Shown piece after piece: positions 54,601 to 61,115 of a DNA stretch of 64,000 nt. The DNA lies in the NCBI GenBank assembly GCA_947066955.1, contig CAMTAF010000004.1, forward strand, positions 484 through 64,483, read 5' to 3'. Positions within the stretch are counted from its first letter, which is position 1, and each line of letters starts with the position of its first letter. The notes beneath the pieces are model-generated. The model made no database searches, was not told where the DNA came from, and saw only the letters and a list, made by a program, of their open reading frames with translations. Made by a program: the position numbers and the translations under genes. The DNA comes from an uncultured Hungatella sp. GTDB taxonomy: Bacteria > Bacillota > Clostridia > Lachnospirales > Lachnospiraceae.

Positions 54601-56034
54601 ATGGACCAAGCATCAGATAACACTTTGATTCAACAGTTCAGACAGTGGGTGCTGACTCAGACCAGTTCTCATTATAAGCTCTACATAAATGAAAAAGACA
54701 GCAACGTGATTGTGATCGAAACCAGCTACTGCCGGGGGGAGGTCACCTTCTTTCCCATGGATATTATTCAGTTAAGCGTTCTGAACCTGGTAACGGACCG
54801 CCATGAATTCTATCTTCATTTTCAGATGCACACCTTAGAACATGCCATGAAGCTGTTTCGGGAGATGCTGGAGAGTGTAAAGGAGCTGTCTGTCAAGCCG
54901 CCTGTCCGCATTCTTCTGACCTGCACCAGCGGCCTCACTACCGGATTTTTCGCCCAGAAGCTTAATGAGTCCGCTGAACTTCTGTCCCTGAATTACGAAT
55001 TCACCGCAGTCTCCTACGGCAACCTGTACCATGTGGCCAGCCAGTATGATATCATCCTTCTGGCGCCTCAGATCTCCTATATCTACGAGACTGCCAAAAA
55101 GATCCTGCACAACAAGAAGGTTTATCAGATTCCGCCCAAGGTCTTTGCCACCTATGATGTCAAGACGGTATTTGCGGACTTAGAGCCTCTTCTTTCGCCG
55201 CGCAAGCATTCCGGACGCCCCTATATCCGCCAGCTTCCCCTGAAAAAACAGGTGAAGTCCCATGTAAAGATCTTAACCATCGCCCTCATCCGGGAAGACG
55301 ACCATTTTCTCCTGTCCTCCAGGATCTATACGGAGAACAACGGAATCATCTTTGACGAGGTCAGCATCAAGCCCCAGATCAACATGGACGATGTGTGCGA
55401 TGTATGCGACACGGCCTTTGCCATCTATCCCGAGATCAATACCGTAGGCCTGTCCATGCCAGGGATCATTGATGAGGGACGTCTCACCCTTCTCGCCCAG
55501 GGGTTTGACGAGAGCAATATCCTGGACTCTATGTCAAAAAGGTATTCCCGAAAATTTGTCCTGGGCAATGACGCCAACTGCATTGCTGTGGGCTACTATT
55601 CTTCCCAGGATCAGTACCACTCCATCTCCGCCCTGTTCCAGCCCTTTGTGGCATCCACAGGCGGCCTTGGCAGCATCCACAACGGCCAGCTGATCGAGGG
55701 CTACCGCCATGTGGCCGGGGAGGTCCAGTTCCTCCCCATCAACAGCGAGATCAGCAACAGCAATCTCATGCCTTCCCTGAGGATGACCCCGGAGGGCACT
55801 CTGTCCTGGGCCGCCCAGACCATTGCCTCCATTATCAGCATCTTAGGGCCGGAAGTCATCCTTCTGTCCTGCCGCCTTATTGTTCAGATCGACGGCCTTA
55901 TACAAGAACTGGAAAAATATGTGCCGGGAAAATATATCCCGAAGATCGTCCAGATCGACAGCGTAAAGGATTACATGCTCCTGGGCCTGATGATTCTCTG
56001 TACAGAGGCTATCGAGGAACGGGAGGAGTGCTGA
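54601..56034 (+). CDS. Fusion: unknown N-domain, PTS EIIB (Lac/Cel type), ROK domain
   Basis: ILLTCTSGLTT...IILLAPQISY; VGLSMPGII, LGNDANCIAVG, GLGSIHNGQLIEG...AGEV. Confidence 0.7.
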   Translation: MDQASDNTLIQQFRQWVLTQTSSHYKLYINEKDSNVIVIETSYCRGEVTFFPMDIIQLSVLNLVTDRHEFYLHFQMHTLEHAMKLFREMLESVKELSVKPPVRILLTCTSGLTTGFFAQKLNESAELLSLNYEFTAVSYGNLYHVASQYDIILLAPQISYIYETAKKILHNKKVYQIPPKVFATYDVKTVFADLEPLLSPRKHSGRPYIRQLPLKKQVKSHVKILTIALIREDDHFLLSSRIYTENNGIIFDEVSIKPQINMDDVCDVCDTAFAIYPEINTVGLSMPGIIDEGRLTLLAQGFDESNILDSMSKRYSRKFVLGNDANCIAVGYYSSQDQYHSISALFQPFVASTGGLGSIHNGQLIEGYRHVAGEVQFLPINSEISNSNLMPSLRMTPEGTLSWAAQTIASIISILGPEVILLSCRLIVQIDGLIQELEKYVPGKYIPKIVQIDSVKDYMLLGLMILCTEAIEEREEC

Positions 56035-56043
56035 CAAACGGAC

Positions 56044-56081
56044 AGGGGCCCATATATCCTTCCCTGGATATATGGACCCCT
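56044..56081. terminator. Hairpin between convergent genes
   Basis: CCATATATCC...GGATATATGG; coordinates approximate. Confidence 0.5.
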
Positions 56082-56086
56082 CTCTT

Positions 56087-56689
56087 CTACCGCAAGTAGC
56101 GTTTGACTCTTCCCAGCATCCGCACCTTTTCCGCATAGTCAAACAACCGCTCTATCTGCCTTTCTCCGCTTTTGCGGTAGTTTTCTATGATCAGGTCAAA
56201 GAGATCATCGCCGATGCTGTCCTTAAAACGGATACAGTCACAGACGCTCCTGTCCAAGTCGTACACCCGGTACATCCCTAAAGGAGTTGTCACCTTCTTA
56301 ACGCTGTCTTCAAAATAACTGTCCCCAAAATAGTGCCTGCATGTGGGGAAATTCACTTTCATCTTGCTCCGGTCACTTCTCCTTGTGGCTACGGACAGGC
56401 GTTCCGGCTCCACATCAATCAGTCCCAGATAGAAGCAGGCGCTGTCCGCGCAGATTACGGCGCCGGGATTGGTGATACACACTTCAAGCGCCTTGTAGTC
56501 TCCAGGCTTCTCATGCCTCTCATCCACAAACCAATAATGTCCATGAGATACCTTCTCCAGCATTCCACTTTGCACAAACGCGCCGATCTGACGGTTCGTC
56601 ACCTTCCCTTGCAGCAGTTCCGCAGTTGTAATATACCCTGAGTATTGTTTTGATAAATTTTCCAGTCTCTTCACAGTACTTTCCAGCAT
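56087..56689 (-). CDS. Type IV TA AbiEi-family antitoxin domain protein (orphan)
   Basis: GYITTAEL...LEKVSHGHY wHTH, VICADSAC.Y.GL, RVYDLDRSVCD. Confidence 0.75.
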   Translation of the reverse strand: MLESTVKRLENLSKQYSGYITTAELLQGKVTNRQIGAFVQSGMLEKVSHGHYWFVDERHEKPGDYKALEVCITNPGAVICADSACFYLGLIDVEPERLSVATRRSDRSKMKVNFPTCRHYFGDSYFEDSVKKVTTPLGMYRVYDLDRSVCDCIRFKDSIGDDLFDLIIENYRKSGERQIERLFDYAEKVRMLGRVKRYLR

Positions 56690-56879
56690 ACACGTTCCTC
56701 CTGATAAAAACTCGGGCCAGTGTTATCTGTTTTCAGTATATCATATCCGGTTAACTTCTTCAATGACCGGCTCGTCCGTTTTCCACAAAAAAAGGAGATA
56801 GTTCTGGACTTTCCTCTCTTTCTTCATTATACTAAAAGGCAGAGGTTCTTCTTATACTATACTATGGAGGTATCATTTT

Positions 56880-58259
56880 ATGAAACTGTTTGGAAAAAAG
56901 CCGGCGCCCCGAACCAGCTCCAGGCCTGTCAGCCGTGAATCTGAACCCAGCGCTCCGGCAAATGTCTCCCGGAAAAATTCCTGCTATGAATATCTGGATG
57001 GAGTCATGTCCAACCCTGACCGGCGCAACAGCGGAACCGCCCTTAAGATTTATATTGAAAATTTTAAACGCCTCAACGAGGTTTTCGGCTACGACTACTG
57101 CGAAGAGCTTCTCCAGCAGATCCTCACCTATTTAAGGCAGGTGACGGGAAAAAAGCTTCACCAGTTCATCGGTGTGGAATATATCGTTATCCTGGAGCAC
57201 ACCACAAGCGTTCAGGCACAGGCTGTCTGCCAGGAGATCCTGGACCGTTTTGAGCATGTGTGGACCGTCGGGGAGATCGATTGTGTCTGCTCTGTTCAGA
57301 TCGGCATCTGCGGCTTTCCCACCTATGCCTCCACAACGGACCAGCTTCTGGAATGTTTGGACACCGCTGTGTCAAAGGCTTCCGAGTACGGCCCCAACCA
57401 GATGGTGGTCTACAACAGCACCCTCCGGGAACATATGGCCAGACGCCACGTTATTGCCATGTATTTAAATGAGGCCTTTGACCGCCAGGAGATCGAGGTC
57501 CGCTACCGCCCCACCTACAATATCGAGAAGAAAAAGTTTTCCCGCGCGGAACTGTACCTGCGCATCTTTGTCAAAGGCCTGGGGTTTGTAGGTGCGCCGG
57601 AGTTCACCCCTGTAGCCGAAGATTCCGGACAGATCCGCACCCTGGAATACTTTGCCTTAGAGCACTTGGGAGCCTGCATCGCCCAGCTTCTGGAGCGGGG
57701 TATTGAATTCGAATCCGTGAGCACCCGGATCTCCCCCATGATGCTTCTCCAGGGGGATCTGCTGGAAAAGGTCAAGGCCATCTTGAGCCGCTATCAGATT
57801 CCCGCAGGCAAGCTGGCCCTGGAATTCTCCGAGAATGCTTACCTCACCTCTCAGCTGAACATGACCATGACTCTTCAAAGCCTGTCGGAGATGGGTGTGG
57901 AGGTGATCTTAAATGACTTTGGCTCCGGCTTCTCCAGCATCTCCAGCCTTCTGGAGCTTCCCGTAGACACGGTGAAGTTCGAGCGCCTGTTTATCTGGCA
58001 GCTGGAGAGCAATCCCAAAGCCCGCATCATGGTAGACAGCCTGACCCAGATGGCCAAGAACTTAGGGCTTAAGATGATCGCCGAGGGAGTTGAGACCCAG
58101 CATCAGCTGAAAGTGCTCAACCGGGCAGACTGCATCTACCAGCAGGGCTTCTACTATGCGCCTACCATGGAAAAAGACCTCCTTTTCCAGCTTATGGACT
58201 GCTCCATGGAAGAGTCCAAGGCTGTTCTGGAGAAAGCACGGGAAGCTGTTCGAAGATAA
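56880..58259 (+). CDS. GGDEF-EAL protein with degenerate motifs
   Basis: IGVEY instead of GGDEF; ELYLR, NDFGSG, VKFE, AEGVET, QQGFYY. Confidence 0.85.
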   Translation: MKLFGKKPAPRTSSRPVSRESEPSAPANVSRKNSCYEYLDGVMSNPDRRNSGTALKIYIENFKRLNEVFGYDYCEELLQQILTYLRQVTGKKLHQFIGVEYIVILEHTTSVQAQAVCQEILDRFEHVWTVGEIDCVCSVQIGICGFPTYASTTDQLLECLDTAVSKASEYGPNQMVVYNSTLREHMARRHVIAMYLNEAFDRQEIEVRYRPTYNIEKKKFSRAELYLRIFVKGLGFVGAPEFTPVAEDSGQIRTLEYFALEHLGACIAQLLERGIEFESVSTRISPMMLLQGDLLEKVKAILSRYQIPAGKLALEFSENAYLTSQLNMTMTLQSLSEMGVEVILNDFGSGFSSISSLLELPVDTVKFERLFIWQLESNPKARIMVDSLTQMAKNLGLKMIAEGVETQHQLKVLNRADCIYQQGFYYAPTMEKDLLFQLMDCSMEESKAVLEKAREAVRR

Positions 58260-58267
58260 GCCAAACC

Positions 58268-58564
58268 CTAACCGCGGCTTTCCTGTCTGCCGCCGGAGCC
58301 GGAAGCCCTTGTGCCCGTTTTCGAGTACAGGGCTTTCGCGCTGACCCCCGGCACCCTCCCAAGCCTCCCTGACAGCGCGCTGATCTTGTCCAAAGGGGCA
58401 TCCACCACCACGCTGATGATGTTCACAGACCTTTTCTCATAAGGCAGACCCATGCGGCCGATAATAAACTCTCCATATTGGTGAAGCAGCTCATTTACCA
58501 TGCCCACCGCTGCCTTGTCCTCCACGATGATCCCGATGACCGCGATCCTTGTCTCCTGTTCCAT
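58268..58564 (-). CDS. TM1266-family ACT/CopG-like small protein (Fe-hydrogenase system associated)
   Basis: TRIAVIGIIVED...VNELLH.Y...IIGRMGLPY...LSGRLG. Confidence 0.8.
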   Translation of the reverse strand: MEQETRIAVIGIIVEDKAAVGMVNELLHQYGEFIIGRMGLPYEKRSVNIISVVVDAPLDKISALSGRLGRVPGVSAKALYSKTGTRASGSGGRQESRG

Positions 58565-58584
58565 GCCTCCTCCTTCTTTGGAAA

Positions 58585-58627
58585 CGGCACGCAAGCACGC
58601 GCCGCGACCCGTCACCTGCCAAGTCGT
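58585..58627 (-). repeat. Dispersed structured repeat, 3' module only
   Basis: Minus strand CGACTTGGCAGGTGACGGGTCGCGGCGCGTGCTTGCGTGCCG before SD AAGGAGGAGG. Confidence 0.7.
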
Positions 58628-58636
58628 CTTTTCCGT

Positions 58637-59521
58637 TTAATTTCCGCCATATTTAAAGAAATAGGACAGCGCGCCCAAAAGATTGGCGTCATTTCCCCTC
58701 TCACAGGCCACGATCACAGGCATGAGATACTCCTGCTGCTGCCCCTTCACCAGCTCTCTGTAGGTTCGGTTGATCTCCTCCATAATCCAGGGGTTGGCGC
58801 TGATCCCCCCTCCTATGGCGATGATCTCCGGGTCATAGGCAAACTGAAGGATAAGACAGCCCTCTGCCATGTAGTGAAGGAACTCGTCCACCCTCCTGGC
58901 AGCTTCCTCGTCTCCTCCTCTGGCCAGCTCCACCAGCTCCTTTCCATCCACTGTCCGGTGCTGTTCCTCGGAATATCTCTGGGCTTCCTTCTCCAGAGTA
59001 AAGCTGCTCCAGCACAAAAGGTTTTCGTCTCTCTTTCCGCCCATCAGGAAGTTTCCGATCTCCGCCTTATTCATGGTAGTCCCCGGATACAGCTCCCCGT
59101 TCTCGATGACAGCGCCGCCTACGCCGCTTCCCACGATGGCAAAAGCGATATTCTTATACTTTCTCCCCACGCCCAGCCATGCCTCTCCCAGGGCAGCCGC
59201 GTTGGCGTCATTGACCATGGTGACCTTTTTCCCGCCGCACCGCTGGGAGATCAGCTGTTTCAGAGGACACTTGTGGAGATGCTCCACCGCGCTGATGCCG
59301 TAGATCACGCCCTCCTCACTGTGCACCTCCCCGGGAAAGCTCCCCGCGATCCCCTCTATGGGCGCCGACCTCTCATAGATCGCCTGTACCTGATCCAAAA
59401 ATTTCTCCAGGGTTTTCCCCACAGCCTCCTTTCCCGCTGACAGGATCTCCCCTTCCCCGCTGCACACAGCGTACTTTACACTGGTTCCGCCAACGTCCAG
59501 ACACAGATATCGTTTCTCCAT
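58637..59521 (-). CDS. ROK family sugar kinase
   Basis: LDVGGTSVK, GSFPG, VNDANAAALGEAWLG, GSGVGG, IGGGIS. Confidence 0.9.
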   Translation of the reverse strand: MEKRYLCLDVGGTSVKYAVCSGEGEILSAGKEAVGKTLEKFLDQVQAIYERSAPIEGIAGSFPGEVHSEEGVIYGISAVEHLHKCPLKQLISQRCGGKKVTMVNDANAAALGEAWLGVGRKYKNIAFAIVGSGVGGAVIENGELYPGTTMNKAEIGNFLMGGKRDENLLCWSSFTLEKEAQRYSEEQHRTVDGKELVELARGGDEEAARRVDEFLHYMAEGCLILQFAYDPEIIAIGGGISANPWIMEEINRTYRELVKGQQQEYLMPVIVACERGNDANLLGALSYFFKYGGN

Positions 59522-59662
59522 TTTTTTAATCCCTTCCCCTCTATTTTTGATATATTTCTATTGTACTGAGATGTTATAAAACTGTCAATCTCTGCCTAAA
59601 TATCCTCTTCAATATAGCCTGTCTTTTGTATCAGCCTTTTTCCCCAGCGAATCTGATATTTC

Positions 59663-60988
59663 CTATTTCTCATCCTCATTCTGTAGTTCCAAAATCCTGT
59701 CAAAATCATCATTAATGACTTTTGAAATCTCATCGATCCTTTCATTTTGAATCATATGGATTTCGCTGTCCATACAATTTTCAATAGTACCATCTTTGAC
59801 AAACCAAGAATCAAATTTATTCCTGTCAATCCAAAGAGATTCCGGAATAATTGCGTTTACTTCTTTTACGTTCCGTAACTGAACGGTTCGCGCATATAAC
59901 AAATTATTCAATGTCCCTAAGACATATGGGCTGTGGGTTGTCAATACGACCGAATGCCCGCAATTATTAACCAGAGCGATCAACTCTGTAATGTACTTCT
60001 GAGATTCGGGAAATAGATGTGACTCCGGTTCCTCAATAATAAATAAAATCTGTCTATCCCTCAGCAGATAATAAAATAATAAATTCAAAATCCATACACA
60101 TTCCTGCTGTCCGGAAGAGGAAAAATTAAGTTTCACATATTTTCCGTCATCAAGAACAATCTGGTCCTCGCCATTGCTATAGCGATACGTGCCTCGCAGG
60201 ATCAATTTTATTAGCTTTAATGCCTGACCAGTCACTTCCGACGGCAAAGACGTTTTCCTGGAGTAAAACGCAAGAAGTCCCCGCAGCCCGTCTGAAAATT
60301 CCGGCTTAATACGCAATATCAGTTCAAGATAGTCTTTTGTACAGCTGTCTAAAGAACGCTTTTGAGAGTCATCCATCTTTGCGTAAATATAGCTCAGTTG
60401 TTGTGACAATAATGTTATCATACTGCGCCCCGCGGGAATATACACCGCCTGGCAGTGGTCGTCAAACATTTTGTAAAGTTCCGCCTTAAAGCGCTTTAAC
60501 TCCTCCTCCGGTATGCCTAATGGAGTGATAGAAAAACAATTATTTTTTCTCCTCAAAAATCCGTTCAGTTCTTTACTAAAAGTGAGCCATATATAATTAG
60601 GCGTTTGATATTTGTTGTCAGTCTTAAGTGAAACCCTCACCACACAAGTTTCTGAGAACTTATATTCAATATACATCTCATCCGGCATGCCCCATGAAGA
60701 GCCAAAGGTATTCAAAAATTTCTCCCGCAAGTGATTCTCTAATATTTTTTTCAATTCGCTTTTTCGTTCCGAATCAAACGTTTCCTGAAATTCGGCGGCA
60801 GAAATCTTATTTAGGGCCTGTCCCTTAGCAAGCTCCACAATATCGTCCTTTATCGTCCTAAAGTAATAAATCACCTTGGCAATCGTACTTTTCCCTGATG
60901 CCTGAAATCCTGTTAATGTCATAAAAGGAGAACATTCTAATTCACAATGCTCAATGGGACCAAGTTTGTTAACTATCAGCTTATGCAC
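59663..60988 (-). CDS. AAA_15/AAA_21-type ABC-like ATPase, AT-rich, no intact partner
   Basis: GFQASGKS, SSGQQE, IEEPESHLFP, TTHSPY. Confidence 0.85.
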   Translation of the reverse strand: MHKLIVNKLGPIEHCELECSPFMTLTGFQASGKSTIAKVIYYFRTIKDDIVELAKGQALNKISAAEFQETFDSERKSELKKILENHLREKFLNTFGSSWGMPDEMYIEYKFSETCVVRVSLKTDNKYQTPNYIWLTFSKELNGFLRRKNNCFSITPLGIPEEELKRFKAELYKMFDDHCQAVYIPAGRSMITLLSQQLSYIYAKMDDSQKRSLDSCTKDYLELILRIKPEFSDGLRGLLAFYSRKTSLPSEVTGQALKLIKLILRGTYRYSNGEDQIVLDDGKYVKLNFSSSGQQECVWILNLLFYYLLRDRQILFIIEEPESHLFPESQKYITELIALVNNCGHSVVLTTHSPYVLGTLNNLLYARTVQLRNVKEVNAIIPESLWIDRNKFDSWFVKDGTIENCMDSEIHMIQNERIDEISKVINDDFDRILELQNEDEK

Positions 60989-61041
60989 AGCAAATCACCT
61001 CTTCCTTAAACCCTTTGACTGTTCTATCATGTAAACATGCT

Positions 61042-61075
61042 AAAATCAAGGGGCTGTTTTCTGCCCCTTGATTTT
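61042..61075. terminator. Intrinsic terminator after the surface-protein gene
   Basis: AAAATCAAGGGGC/GCCCCTTGATTTT 13-bp arms. Confidence 0.75.
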
Positions 61076-61115
61076 ATTAAAAGCCCTTTTGACCCTGGCA
61101 TCTTTACATAAAGAT

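Noticed and set aside
9926-59440. Long antisense ORFs (9926-10924, 12262-13230, 26954-27961, 41290-42276, 58478-59440 and similar)
   Set aside because: Shadow frames opposite well-supported genes in GC-rich coding DNA; no motifs or SD
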